A stretch of DNA of 64,000 nt from an uncultured Desulfobacter sp. (GCA_963665095.1 OY762069.1:4960001-5024000), one strand, 5' to 3'. Numbered from the stretch's first letter, positions 20,405-31,575 are shown. Translations and numbers: made by a program. Notes: generated by a model from the letters alone, not told the origin.

Positions 20405-22525
20405 TCATGGTTTTGGCGTGGGCATATCCGCCACCAGTGATTCCAGAATCCGGTGTTCAAAGTCAATACACTCCTTGAGTTCGTTGACGGCACTCAGCCG
20501 GCCACCCACCTTTTTACCTTTTTTACGCTCCTGGATTTTTTGGGTGATGTAGGACTGGACTACCTGGTGAAATGACTCCAGCTCTGTTTTTCGGCGAATC
20601 AGGATGCGTTCCGGGTGGTGCTTTTCATTGATCAGGCCCACCACCCACAAAGAGTGACTGGCGTGCAGGTCCAGCTCAAGCTGGGTGCAGAATTCCTCAC
20701 GGCAGCGCTGGACAGCGCCCAGGTATTTGGCCAGGGCATTGTCAATCGCTGAAATTGCCTTTCGGGGCTTGTTCCAGCCAATGGAGCTGAAGGTCCGCCA
20801 GGCTGCCACCTCCTTTTTAATGTCCATAACTTCCCGCTTGCGATACTTAGTTGATTCGGGATAATGGCGGTTTCTCAGGCTGACGATGTCTCCGATTTCA
20901 TGGTCATGTTCATCCATGACAGCCAGGTGCTCGAAGGTGGCGCCTCCCAGGAGCGTCATACCCAGCATCTTTTCATCAAACCGCATCAGGCGTTTGATCC
21001 GGGCGTTGTTTTTCATGGTGGAATCCGCGCTGGATGCCACCTGTTTAAGCCGTTTTTCCTTTTCTTCACTCAGCCGGCTGACAACCAGGGCCATTTCCTT
21101 TTTGTGCCGGTTTTCCCTGATGACACTGTGTACGGTCTGTTTAAAAAGGCGCCGGGTCTGGCGGCTTCTTTCCTGATCCAGGATCTGTCCCAGCTGTCGG
21201 GACGAAAGATAGTGTTTAAGGGTCTGGTTTTTTAACGCCTGGGTGGTGCCCCGACCCCAGCTGGCCCGGTTAAATCCTGAAGGGAATGTCAAAGGCTGGG
21301 AATAAGGGGTTGCTTCCTTGACGGCCCGGGAGGTGATTCTCTTTAAAAAACTCATGTTACGTTTCAGGTATGCCCGGATCTGCGCATCGTCTTCATACAG
21401 CCAGGGGTACATGAAAAAACATAAAAGCTCGTCATCTGCCATGGCATGGCCCGGGTTGGCCTCGCACAGGGATTCAATGCCCAGATAGGGGCTGAATTCA
21501 CCAGCCCTGCGGATAATGGCTGTTTGCTGATTAAACAGTGTCAGGTCAATATCTCCCTTGTATGTCTGCACGCCGCCCCGGACCACGTCTGTTTTCCAGT
21601 TCCCGGTATCCATGCCTCTGATGGCCATGATTCCCTGGATGCAGAACCATCCGAAATAGTGGCTGTCAGTCTCAGGTGCCATCTCTTTGCGTTTATGTTC
21701 CCGTAGATATCCCCCCCGGCTGTTGAACAGACACCCGTCCCAGTCCGGTTGAAAACTGAAAGCCTGGTTAATGGGCAGTACCGGCATGGCAGGGGCGGCC
21801 TCTTTTTGGGAATAAACCTCCCACAGTCTTGCGGCCGGATTAACGACCGTCATTGCCTTTTCCTTGTATGTGTCAACCGCAGCCATAACCGGTTCTTTGA
21901 GTTCTCCCAGTTCTGACAGGGTCTCCTTGGCCTCAACAAAAAAGTCCGTATCAATCATCCCGCTGAAAACGTTCCTGAACCCGGGCTCTGTGCAGGCGCC
22001 GATCATACCGGCCAGCAGCTGGAACAGCTCTTTTGAGGTGGAATAGATTTGGGCCAAAGCTTCGAAATCACCGATCAGCAGTTTACCAAGGCTTTTGCCC
22101 AGTTTGATCAGGTGCCAGGCGTAGTAGACCTGCTTGGCCAACCCGGCCAGCTTCGGGTTCCACCAGAATGCAAAATAGTCGTTCTGCACTAGAAGGTTCG
22201 TTGGCGGACCGTTCTCGGGCTTGTAACCCGGAAGCAGGACACTTTCCACCAGCGGGTGGGTGTCAGGCAGGGTGTAGACCGTACGGCCCACAGCATTAAA
22301 AGAACCGTCCTGGAGAATAGCCTGGTAATTGGTCTTATTCAGGGCCTCTCCTCTGAGTCCGGCCTGGTTCAGGGTGCGCATGATTGCCTGGTGCTTATGC
22401 TGGTTCCAATAGGTCTTCAAAGAGGCCATGCAGGTGCCATGACTGTATTGGACCAGGTTGGCCATCTCCGGAATAATGGTATCGTCGCTGCCCGATACAA
22501 GCAGGTTTCCAAGCTCTGATGTCAT
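20405..22525 (-). CDS. Large hypothetical protein (~706 aa) with a C-terminal four-helix-bundle-like domain; possible secreted effector
   Basis: Long uninterrupted ORF (first ATG at 22525); C-terminus WRTFSSIGWNKPRK..IDNALAKY..GGRLSAVNELK. Confidence 0.7.
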   Translation of the reverse strand: MTSELGNLLVSGSDDTIIPEMANLVQYSHGTCMASLKTYWNQHKHQAIMRTLNQAGLRGEALNKTNYQAILQDGSFNAVGRTVYTLPDTHPLVESVLLPGYKPENGPPTNLLVQNDYFAFWWNPKLAGLAKQVYYAWHLIKLGKSLGKLLIGDFEALAQIYSTSKELFQLLAGMIGACTEPGFRNVFSGMIDTDFFVEAKETLSELGELKEPVMAAVDTYKEKAMTVVNPAARLWEVYSQKEAAPAMPVLPINQAFSFQPDWDGCLFNSRGGYLREHKRKEMAPETDSHYFGWFCIQGIMAIRGMDTGNWKTDVVRGGVQTYKGDIDLTLFNQQTAIIRRAGEFSPYLGIESLCEANPGHAMADDELLCFFMYPWLYEDDAQIRAYLKRNMSFLKRITSRAVKEATPYSQPLTFPSGFNRASWGRGTTQALKNQTLKHYLSSRQLGQILDQERSRQTRRLFKQTVHSVIRENRHKKEMALVVSRLSEEKEKRLKQVASSADSTMKNNARIKRLMRFDEKMLGMTLLGGATFEHLAVMDEHDHEIGDIVSLRNRHYPESTKYRKREVMDIKKEVAAWRTFSSIGWNKPRKAISAIDNALAKYLGAVQRCREEFCTQLELDLHASHSLWVVGLINEKHHPERILIRRKTELESFHQVVQSYITQKIQERKKGKKVGGRLSAVNELKECIDFEHRILESLVADMPTPKP

Positions 22526-22804
22526 TATGTTATATTCCAAGCTTAGGGTTTTAAGATCAGGTTTTAAATTTGCAATCCCGGGCAGGGTCAAGTCAAGGGA
22601 AAAAAGGTTTTTATGAAGTTTTTTGCCTATCCGGCCAAAATTACGATCACATCATCAATGATGACCATAAATACACGGTGCCTTTCGGGGCAGGTCTCAA
22701 AAGCCTGGTTTAGGCAATTTAAAGGCGTAACGGTTTGTTATTTTTGTAACGCCTGGGCTGGTGGTCTAACATTTCTTATCAATATGATACCAAGAGAGAA
22801 TTTA

Positions 22805-23493
<689 letters not shown>

Positions 23494-23569
23494 TCATAGG
23501 CCAAGAAAGAGCCTCAACTACCAGACTCAGTTTGAGGTATAACAACCGGGAAGGATATAACAGCTGCTA

Positions 23570-24562
23570 ATGATAAACAATCGATCATTAAATAGGGTGT
23601 GGACAGATAATATTCCTCCTCTTTTCTTCAAAGAACAGGAAAAATTACTATATTTTAATTCTTGGGCATATACAATTCAGGAAGGACTTAGGATAAATTG
23701 TCTTGATTATGCATTCAGGGAAAACGTAGAGTTAACGTATCAGAATGATGAAACGGTTTTGAACTTTGGTTTTATCCTATCTGGTACTTTTCATAATCAC
23801 CCAATTTTTCCTGATATAGGTGAGCAAAAATTTGTAGTCATTGATGGATCCAGCGGTATAGCCTATTTCCCTCCCATGGAAGGGACTCTTATTATTCCTG
23901 GCAAGACCTCTATTTGTATTGTTCATATTCACCTTTCCCCGTCTTTTTTTTATGATTTAGTTCGTAATGAGATGGAATGTATCCCCCATGAACTCCGGGC
24001 ACTTTTGCAGGGTACGGATACTAAGCCATATTATTTTTTTTCAGGGATGTCTCTGAAAATAAGGTCCGCTTTGGATCGCTTATACAAGGGCCCATCCACT
24101 GGTGTTCCTGCCCGTCTTTTTTATCATGCGATAGCCTTGGAGCTTATTGCTGAACAGATTAGCAGAGCGGGCGTTTGCCCTGCAAATAAGGACCTTGACT
24201 GTTGGGATAACAAGAATCAGGTAATTCGAGCACATGATCTGCTTATACATGATCTTTCCTCGCCTCCCAGTATGGAGAAGCTCGCACGGAAAACTGGTTT
24301 GAACAGGAATAAGATTCAAAAAGGTTTTAACCAGCTTTATGGCGTCCCCGTATACAAATATTTTCAGCAGTGTCGCATGAAAGAAGCTAATCGCCTTTTC
24401 CATGAAACAGATATGAATGTCAGCCAGATTGCAGCGGAACTTGGTTATACAAATGCCAGTCATTTTAGCAGTGCCTACAAAAAGCATTTTGGGGTCCTTC
24501 CCGGAAAGCACATGGCCTGTATCAGAGAATCCTTCAAAATAAAACAAAACATAAAAACATAA
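23570..24562 (+). CDS. AraC-family transcriptional regulator (PchR/YbtA-like)
   Basis: C-terminal double HTH: PPSMEKLARKTGLN..IAAELGYTNASHFSSAYKKHFG. Confidence 0.95.
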   Translation: MINNRSLNRVWTDNIPPLFFKEQEKLLYFNSWAYTIQEGLRINCLDYAFRENVELTYQNDETVLNFGFILSGTFHNHPIFPDIGEQKFVVIDGSSGIAYFPPMEGTLIIPGKTSICIVHIHLSPSFFYDLVRNEMECIPHELRALLQGTDTKPYYFFSGMSLKIRSALDRLYKGPSTGVPARLFYHAIALELIAEQISRAGVCPANKDLDCWDNKNQVIRAHDLLIHDLSSPPSMEKLARKTGLNRNKIQKGFNQLYGVPVYKYFQQCRMKEANRLFHETDMNVSQIAAELGYTNASHFSSAYKKHFGVLPGKHMACIRESFKIKQNIKT

Positions 24563-24585
24563 TGTGAGGCACATTGCGTTTTTTA

Positions 24586-24642
24586 TGCGGATCTGAGTGG
24601 AAAAAGTGCGGTCTTGGGTGGTTGTCTTGTAACTTTTAGTAT
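24586..24642 (+). promoter_or_regulatory. Putative AraC-activated promoter: 21-bp-period direct repeat overlapping the -35
   Basis: TGCGGATCTGAGTGG (24586) and TGCGGTCTTGGGTGG (24607); TTGGGT(24614)-17 bp-TAGTAT(24637). Confidence 0.55.
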
Positions 24643-24697
24643 ATCCTAACTTTATAAATAATTATTTAGAAGATAATTGATATTTTTTGAACAAGAA

Positions 24698-24880
24698 CCA
24701 GGTGCCGTATTATTTTGATTTTTTTGATAAGAATCAAGATGTGGCCGAAGAGGGAATCTCGTGTAAATCGAGAATGGTCCCGCCGCTGTGATCAGGGACG
24801 AAATTCGTAAAAGCCACTGCTTTTATTGAGCGGGAAGGTGCGAAGAGTAGGATGATCTGAAAGTCAGAAGACCTGCCTGG
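24698..24880 (+). promoter_or_regulatory. Cobalamin (B12) riboswitch
   Basis: CCAGGTG..AGGGAA..CCCGCCGCTGTG..GCCACTG..GGGAAGG..B12 box AAGTCAGAAGACCTGCCTGG, in the canonical order. Confidence 0.93.
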
Positions 24881-24949
24881 AAAATAAAGCTATTGCTCTG
24901 CGGTGAGACAGAGAACAAAGCCATAAGATAGGGTCAAGTAATTGGGTGC

Positions 24950-24986
24950 AGCCCTTCAGCTAATTGAGTTGAAGGGCTTTTTTTTT
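24950..24986 (+). terminator. Intrinsic terminator (riboswitch expression platform)
   Basis: AGCCCTTCAGCT-loop-AGTTGAAGGGCT followed by a long T run, upstream of the TonB receptor ATG. Confidence 0.85.
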
Positions 24987-25106
24987 GAACAGCTTGGCCC
25001 TGTCATCCTTGCGGAAGGCCATCTTTCTTTTCTCAGGCAGAGATAAAAGGTTGAAGTTGTATGACAGGCAATATGAATCAAAGACTGAAAAAGAAAGGAT
25101 ATTATT

Positions 25107-27134
25107 ATGAATGGCACTGTTGGAATACTGCGGATAGGAATCCTTATAACCTTGCTGTCATGCATGGTTGTTAGTGTAGAGGCAAAAGAAACCGGTGATT
25201 CTGTAAAGGCCTTAAACGCTGAGGCTGCCGATGTGGAAGTAGAAGAAATTGTAGTAACTGCTAAAAAGACAGGAAGAGCATATGAAGAGCCCGTCTTCAG
25301 CCGCCTGACTTTGCCGAAAAGTTCAACGGCAGAAACGGTTTTTACCTCAAAGGATATAGAGCAAATTAATCCTGAAACGGTGTTTGAAATTATAGATCTT
25401 GCGCCGAATCTTGTCCGTAGATTCAGCAACTCCATGAATCCTGACGGATTCAGGTCACGTGGTGGTGAAGTCATCGGTTTGATTATTGATGGAATCTATG
25501 TTCCTTCCACAGAATCAGCAAGAATGCTGGAAAACTTCCCCGTAACAATAATTGATTCCATTCGTATTGTTCGCGATTCTACTGCATTGACATTGGGACC
25601 ATTGGCAACGATCAGCGCTTCAACAAGTAAACCAAATTCTGAAGTGGATGGATATATTATCATTACAACCAAAAAGCCAAAAAAACAGAATGGTTCATTC
25701 CGTTTAGGATATGATACAGCACAAACCATGCAGGCCAGCGCTTCTTTTGGCGATGTTAAAGAAGATTTTTATTACTCAATCGCTTTCAATCATTCTGACA
25801 CCCCTGAATGGGATGAACATAATGATGCCCGAAAAACAGATTCTTTTCATCTGCGGGGCGGCTATTCTGGAGACAGTTTATTGGCAAATATATCTTTGTA
25901 TGCTGACTTTGCAAATTGGGATTGTCCCCGTTATGACAATAACGGAGAATTGAGTGAAGCCATATGGGGTTTTGATCCCAGTAATACAATGATGGTGAGT
26001 TTTGATACATCCAAATTATGGAATAAAAATAACACCACCACCTTTAGCTTTGGTTACAGCGAGGTTAAATCAACCCTTTATGAGGATTATGTGCATCGGG
26101 ACTCTTCCATTTTGAGGAATGGTAAAAATGCGCCAATGAAATGGCATCTGGATGAACATATCTATGATTTTAACGTCGGTCATACCTTGGTTGTGGGTAA
26201 CAATACCTTGAAAATCGGAACCCAGGCCTTGTTTTGGGATATGCATGACATGCAGGGTTGGAAGTACCGTGACAAGGAAGAAGAGGCGTATGGCTTCTAT
26301 TTTACTGATGCGTATAGCCTGACAGAAAAGCTGACATTGGATATCGGTGGTCGAATTGATCGGCGGCATACAATTAAGCAAAATGATTCTAAGTTTGACG
26401 ATACCTGGGCGGAAAATAACACCTCTGTTGCAGTGGGACAGGCGTATCAGCTGAATGATATCTTTAGGGTTACAACACGTGTATCCTATAGTGAACAGCC
26501 AGCTTATGATTGGTTGTTGAAGGCGGATGAAAGTAAGAGCTTTGAATCTGATCAACGAACGAAATATGAAGCCGGTGTTACAGCGAACTTTCATCCGGCC
26601 TTCAATATTGACGGATCGGTTTTTTATTATGATATCCAGAATTATAAGTATCTGGAGAAATCCCAAACGAATACTGTGAGTGGTGAAACTGAATACTTAT
26701 ACGGTGAAGCCGATTTAACCCAGTCCGGATTTGAAATAAGTGTGAGTGGTGATCTGTCAGCAAATTTTTCCTATAGTGCTACCTATTCATATCTGCACAT
26801 TGATGATGAATCTGTCAGTAAACTCATTCCGGAAAATTCGGCAACGGTGATGTTGAATTACCAATACGCAGATTATTTTGTAAATATCACAACAAAATAT
26901 CTGGATGAGTATTCCCAGACTGCAACCCAGGGTGATGGCCTGGGCGATTATATTCGAGTCGATGCCAGTGTCAGTAAGCAGTTAACCCAGAAAACCAAGA
27001 TTACTTTGTATGCCAAAAATCTCACCAATGATGAGTATGCAGAAGCATGTATGACCAGTTATGTCTCTGGGATGTATGGATATATTTACAATCGTGGTGC
27101 AATATTCGGTCTGACCTATAGCATGGATTTTTAG
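25107..27134 (+). CDS. TonB-dependent receptor (B12-riboswitch controlled)
   Basis: Signal peptide, TonB box EEIVVTA, plug domain, KNLTN, C-terminal Phe. Confidence 0.93.
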   Translation: MNGTVGILRIGILITLLSCMVVSVEAKETGDSVKALNAEAADVEVEEIVVTAKKTGRAYEEPVFSRLTLPKSSTAETVFTSKDIEQINPETVFEIIDLAPNLVRRFSNSMNPDGFRSRGGEVIGLIIDGIYVPSTESARMLENFPVTIIDSIRIVRDSTALTLGPLATISASTSKPNSEVDGYIIITTKKPKKQNGSFRLGYDTAQTMQASASFGDVKEDFYYSIAFNHSDTPEWDEHNDARKTDSFHLRGGYSGDSLLANISLYADFANWDCPRYDNNGELSEAIWGFDPSNTMMVSFDTSKLWNKNNTTTFSFGYSEVKSTLYEDYVHRDSSILRNGKNAPMKWHLDEHIYDFNVGHTLVVGNNTLKIGTQALFWDMHDMQGWKYRDKEEEAYGFYFTDAYSLTEKLTLDIGGRIDRRHTIKQNDSKFDDTWAENNTSVAVGQAYQLNDIFRVTTRVSYSEQPAYDWLLKADESKSFESDQRTKYEAGVTANFHPAFNIDGSVFYYDIQNYKYLEKSQTNTVSGETEYLYGEADLTQSGFEISVSGDLSANFSYSATYSYLHIDDESVSKLIPENSATVMLNYQYADYFVNITTKYLDEYSQTATQGDGLGDYIRVDASVSKQLTQKTKITLYAKNLTNDEYAEACMTSYVSGMYGYIYNRGAIFGLTYSMDF

Positions 27135-27225
27135 GAGAAGCAGTACACTGACGGGAAAATAATGTCCACCTGAAAAAGGCTGCTTCCAGCAGTGCCCCAA
27201 AATATAAAAATATGGAGATCAATTA

Positions 27226-28251
27226 ATGCAATTAGATACAATACGAATGAGTCCAGAACCACTTTTTGAGATGATGTTTGCCTCTATCCAGACAAAACTG
27301 CTGATTACAGCCATTAAATTGAAAATATTCGATATATTAACTAAATCTTTAAAAAATGCTTCGGAAATAGCTGAAAAACTGGAAGGAAATGCTAATAGCA
27401 CTGCATATTTTCTTGATGGGCTTACCGCATTAGGGTTGCTGGAAAAAAATAGTGGTTATTACAAGAACACCAGTATAGCGGAAACATTTCTTGTTCAGGG
27501 AAAGCCTGCTTATTTGGGGGATATGTTTTTGCTACAGGCTTCTCAGGAGGATGCCTGTGGTTCAGATCTGAAAGATTTAATCATCAAAGGTCCTAGGCCG
27601 AATAACGAAAATCTTGGAGATTCTCCTGAAATATGGGGTAGATTTGCTAAAAGCATGGCCAACAATCAGCGTTCCGGTTCTGCACAGATGGCAGCAGATC
27701 TTGTATCTCGATTGCCGGAGTTCCAGTCCTTTAACAAAATGCTGGATTTGGGCGGAGGACCTGGAATCAACTGTATTGCCATGGTAAGCAAGCATCCTAA
27801 AATGAAGGGGGTTGTGTTTGACAGAAAACCTTCAACAGACGTGGCCACAGATTTTATTAAAGAGTACGGCTTGGAAGAGCGAATCGAAGTATTGCCTGGA
27901 GATTATAATAATGATGATATCGGCCATGGCTATGATTTTATCTGGGCAAGCTATACCCTGAACTTTGCCCAAATGAATCTAACAAGTGTAATGAAAAAAA
28001 TTTATAATGCTTTGAATCCAGGGGGGGTTTTTGTCAATCTTTCAGAGGGCCTCATTCGTGAGGGAACGCACCCGAAAATGACAGTGCTTTGTACCATGAA
28101 ATGGGCAATGCAGAATCATCCTCTTAAGCCATTTCATCAAGGGGTTGTTGCAGAGACGATGTTAGATGTCGGATATAAATCAGTTCGCTCACAAACTATT
28201 GCCGCAGGTTGGGGGGAAGCAGATTTAGATATAGCACGAAAAAGCTTATAA
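27226..28251 (+). CDS. SAM-dependent methyltransferase (dimerisation + Methyltransf_2; CrtF/BchU/BzaC-like architecture)
   Basis: N-terminal wHTH dimerisation region (AIKLKIFD..LTALGLL), LDLGGGPG, ALNPGG. Confidence 0.92.
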   Translation: MQLDTIRMSPEPLFEMMFASIQTKLLITAIKLKIFDILTKSLKNASEIAEKLEGNANSTAYFLDGLTALGLLEKNSGYYKNTSIAETFLVQGKPAYLGDMFLLQASQEDACGSDLKDLIIKGPRPNNENLGDSPEIWGRFAKSMANNQRSGSAQMAADLVSRLPEFQSFNKMLDLGGGPGINCIAMVSKHPKMKGVVFDRKPSTDVATDFIKEYGLEERIEVLPGDYNNDDIGHGYDFIWASYTLNFAQMNLTSVMKKIYNALNPGGVFVNLSEGLIREGTHPKMTVLCTMKWAMQNHPLKPFHQGVVAETMLDVGYKSVRSQTIAAGWGEADLDIARKSL

Positions 28252-29036
28252 TGGCTATCCATATAAAAGAGCTGGAATTCTCCTATTCCAAGGAGAAAAT
28301 TCTAAAGGATATTTCTCTTGATATTGAAGGACATCAGTGCGTTGCTATTCTTGGCCCCAATGGTGCAGGGAAATCGACATTAATCCGATGCATCAACAAT
28401 CTGCTCAGGCCTCAACAAGGTACGATCTGTATTAATAATACCAATATCAAAACATTTAGCCGGAAAGAACTTGCCAAACGTTTGAGCTATATTCCCCAGT
28501 CAACGGAAAGTCTTTTTTCACTGCGGGTGTTTGATATGCTGCTCATGGGAAGAAGACCGCATATCCTTTGGAAAAACACAGAAAAGGACAGAGATAAAGT
28601 GGTTGAAGCCATGAAAACGCTGAATATTGAGCATCTTGCCTTTCGACAGTTCAGTGAATTGAGTGGCGGCATGCAGCAAAAAATAATGATCGCCCGAGCT
28701 CTTGCCCAGGAAACAGAAATAGTTCTTCTTGATGAACCTATCAGTAACCTTGACATCAGGCATCAGTTTGAGGTCATGAATATAATGAAATCACTGATTC
28801 ATACCCGAGGTATCCTTGCTTTGATGGTGCTGCATGATTTGAATATTGCCGCCATGTATGCTGACACCGTTATCATTATGGAAAATGGAAAAATAATACA
28901 CTATGGCCCTACGGAAGATGTCTTGACAAAAGAAAATATCGCTTCCATTTACGGGGTAGAAGCACATATCAGCAAAAGAGAAAACAGGCTGAGTGTTGTA
29001 CCCATAAAAATCTCAACCCAGAAGGGGCTGATGTGA
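28251..29036 (+). CDS. Cobalamin/Fe-siderophore ABC transporter ATP-binding protein
   Basis: GPNGAGKST, LSGGMQQ, LLDEP, LHDLN; ATG overlaps the upstream TAA. Confidence 0.95.
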   Translation: MAIHIKELEFSYSKEKILKDISLDIEGHQCVAILGPNGAGKSTLIRCINNLLRPQQGTICINNTNIKTFSRKELAKRLSYIPQSTESLFSLRVFDMLLMGRRPHILWKNTEKDRDKVVEAMKTLNIEHLAFRQFSELSGGMQQKIMIARALAQETEIVLLDEPISNLDIRHQFEVMNIMKSLIHTRGILALMVLHDLNIAAMYADTVIIMENGKIIHYGPTEDVLTKENIASIYGVEAHISKRENRLSVVPIKISTQKGLM

Positions 29037-30163
29037 AAATACAGAAAATATTGTTTTTGTTTTTAGTTCTGATTATTCCCTGCGCAACAATACTTTCGGG
29101 TTGCTCCTCTGAAGAGGAAAGACTGGATAGAACAAAGAAAGGCGAGCAAGGAAGGGATATCGTTCTGATAGATATTGAAGGTCGGAAAATATCACTCAAT
29201 AAAAAGGCCACACGTATCGTTGATCTTACAGGTCTTAGCGGGACTCGAATATTGATACAGTTGGGAGCCCCGCAGCACATTGTAGGCATGACCGATGCTG
29301 GCATGAATGTTTTTAAACCTGAAAGCAGAACCTATCATCCTGCGCAGAGGGCTCTGCCTTCAATAGCCCATGGGAATATTACTAATATTGGGGACTGGAA
29401 AGAGCCAAATGCTGAAAAAATAATAGCTGTACATCCAGATGTTATCCTTGTTGGCTGGGGCGGCAGGGAAAGCGCTGAGAAGATAGAACAGCAGACCGGA
29501 GTTCCGGCTGTCTGTATCGGACGAATGGATGGCCATTTTGATTATGACCGGTACCGAATTATCGGCAAAGTCATAGGGGAAGAACAAAAAGCCGAAGAAA
29601 TTATTTCCTATTTAAAACAAAAAATCAGCAAAATAACCGATATTACACAATCAATACCTCCAGATGAGAGAAAACGGGTCTTTTTCTGGATTGTACCAAG
29701 ACCTGATGCAGATCTGCGCTCCAATGGGATTTATGATGCCATAGATTACGCTGGCGGCATTAACGTTGCTGCCACGAAAAAGGGGATTGGTCTTTATGAA
29801 ACAAGCAAGGAACAGCTTGTGGCCTGGAATCCTGATATCATTTTTGCACAATCATCACATAAAAAGAACGTACAGGAATCGTATGCTGATTATCTCACCA
29901 TAGAACAGATCTGCGAGGATCCCGTGCTGAAGGCCACCAATGCCGTGAAAAGTAAAGAAGTCTATTACCTTCGTGGGCCTCGAAGTGATTGGGATACAGC
30001 CATTGAAGCCACGGAAGTATTCTATATGGCAAAGCTTTTATATCCTGAAAAATTTGAGGATCTGAATGTTGAGGAGGAAGGAAATGAAATATTAAAAAAA
30101 ATGTATGGAGTGGAAGATTTATACTCAGATATGAGCGTAAATGTTGGATTGCATACCTGGTAA
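29033..30163 (+). CDS. Cobalamin/Fe-siderophore ABC transporter substrate-binding lipoprotein
   Basis: Lipobox LSGC, DIEGRKI, PNAEKII, EQLVAWNPDII, NAVKSKEVY. Confidence 0.92.
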   Translation: MKIQKILFLFLVLIIPCATILSGCSSEEERLDRTKKGEQGRDIVLIDIEGRKISLNKKATRIVDLTGLSGTRILIQLGAPQHIVGMTDAGMNVFKPESRTYHPAQRALPSIAHGNITNIGDWKEPNAEKIIAVHPDVILVGWGGRESAEKIEQQTGVPAVCIGRMDGHFDYDRYRIIGKVIGEEQKAEEIISYLKQKISKITDITQSIPPDERKRVFFWIVPRPDADLRSNGIYDAIDYAGGINVAATKKGIGLYETSKEQLVAWNPDIIFAQSSHKKNVQESYADYLTIEQICEDPVLKATNAVKSKEVYYLRGPRSDWDTAIEATEVFYMAKLLYPEKFEDLNVEEEGNEILKKMYGVEDLYSDMSVNVGLHTW

Positions 30164-30190
30164 TAACAGATTCAATAAATCAAATGTCCT

Positions 30191-31243
30191 ATGACCCCTA
30201 CCTTAAAAAAATACAGAGCCGATAATTTTCAAAAAACTGTTTTTTTGATTGCCCTGATCTGCATAATTATTGTTCTGGGATTCATCTCCATAACAACCGG
30301 ACCGCTTGATATAAAGGCAATAGATGCGTTCAGGGTGATTATTAATAAGGTCGCTCCAGGCATGTGTTCCGAATTACCAGAATATATTACTCGAACTGTC
30401 TGGTTATTGCGCCTGCCACGTTACTTGACTGCCGTATTAGTCGGTTTTACGCTTGCAATTGCCGGTGCAATCATGCAACCTGTACTGCGAAATCCACTGG
30501 CAAGTCCATTTACACTCGGCATTTCCGCAGGGGCAGGATTTGGCGCATCCCTGGTTCTTATACTGGGTGCCGGGATATTCAGTGGACGCTACTCCATAGT
30601 CCTGAATGCGTTTATTTTTGCCGCTCTCTCCGCTTTTATTATCATCCTGATTTCCAGAAGGAAAAATACCTCCCCTGAAATAATGATCTTGACCGGGATA
30701 GCAATTTCGTATTTTTTTACTTCCTGCACAACCGTACTTCAGGTCTTTGCTGAACCCTGGGCCGTAACCGAGGTGGTTTTCTGGCTGGTTGGCAGTCTTG
30801 CCAAGGGAACCTGGGAAAATTTGGGCTATATGTTTCCTGTAATTGCTGTCTGTATCCCATATCTGATGTTTAAGTCCTGGGATCTGGATATCATCGGGAC
30901 AGGCGACGATGCAGCAAAAAGCATGGGAATAGAGGTTGAGCGCACCAGGGTATCCCTGATGATCGTCTCCTCCCTGGTCACTGCTGCTGTGGTATGTTTC
31001 ACAGGAACAATAGGCTTTATTGGCCTTGTTGCGCCACATATCGCCCGCATGATAATCGGTAATGATAATAAGTTTGTAATACCAACTGCAGGGCTGACAG
31101 GAGCCTTCCTGCTTGTTATTTCCGATCTGGTTGCAGTAAATATAGTCTCTCCTGTCATTCTTCCCATCGGGGTGGTTACCTCATTCATGGGTGTTCCGCT
31201 TTTTGTCTATCTAATTTTGAAAAGAAGAGGTCTGGCCCAGTAA
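30191..31243 (+). CDS. FecCD/BtuC-family ABC permease
   Basis: LRLPR, RNPLASPFTLGISAGA, GTIGFIGLVAPHIAR, LPIGVVT. Confidence 0.96.
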   Translation: MTPTLKKYRADNFQKTVFLIALICIIIVLGFISITTGPLDIKAIDAFRVIINKVAPGMCSELPEYITRTVWLLRLPRYLTAVLVGFTLAIAGAIMQPVLRNPLASPFTLGISAGAGFGASLVLILGAGIFSGRYSIVLNAFIFAALSAFIIILISRRKNTSPEIMILTGIAISYFFTSCTTVLQVFAEPWAVTEVVFWLVGSLAKGTWENLGYMFPVIAVCIPYLMFKSWDLDIIGTGDDAAKSMGIEVERTRVSLMIVSSLVTAAVVCFTGTIGFIGLVAPHIARMIIGNDNKFVIPTAGLTGAFLLVISDLVAVNIVSPVILPIGVVTSFMGVPLFVYLILKRRGLAQ

Positions 31244-31372
31244 TTATTTTTACGGAGCTAACAAAGGATCTCCAATACTATTCTGGTTTCCGTAACACCC
31301 TTTGAAATAACAGCAACAGGCTGATCAGTCAGTGGGAGAAGACAGAAGCTGCCGCCGACCTCATTTATCCGG

Positions 31373-31575
31373 TTTATTCTGATTCAAACCTGCAATCTGA
31401 TGAAGGTCAATCCATTTGATTATCTGATCACATTGCTGAATAACGCAACCGTGCTGAGAACTGATCCTTCCCGGTGGATGCCTTGGAATTACAAAACCGG
31501 GTTCGCGTAATATACTCGCCGAATCCAGCTGAGTTACCCTAAAAATTCCCTTGTGCATGTTTACCGAAGGGACAC
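31373..31575 (+). mobile_element. IS66-family remnant (transposase C-terminus plus possible right end)
   Basis: 31373-31510 reads FILIQTCNLMKVNPFDYLITLL..DPSRWMPWNY, typical of the IS66 TnpC C-terminus; GTTTACCGAAGGGACAC (31559-31575) is a tentative terminal IR. Confidence 0.75.
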
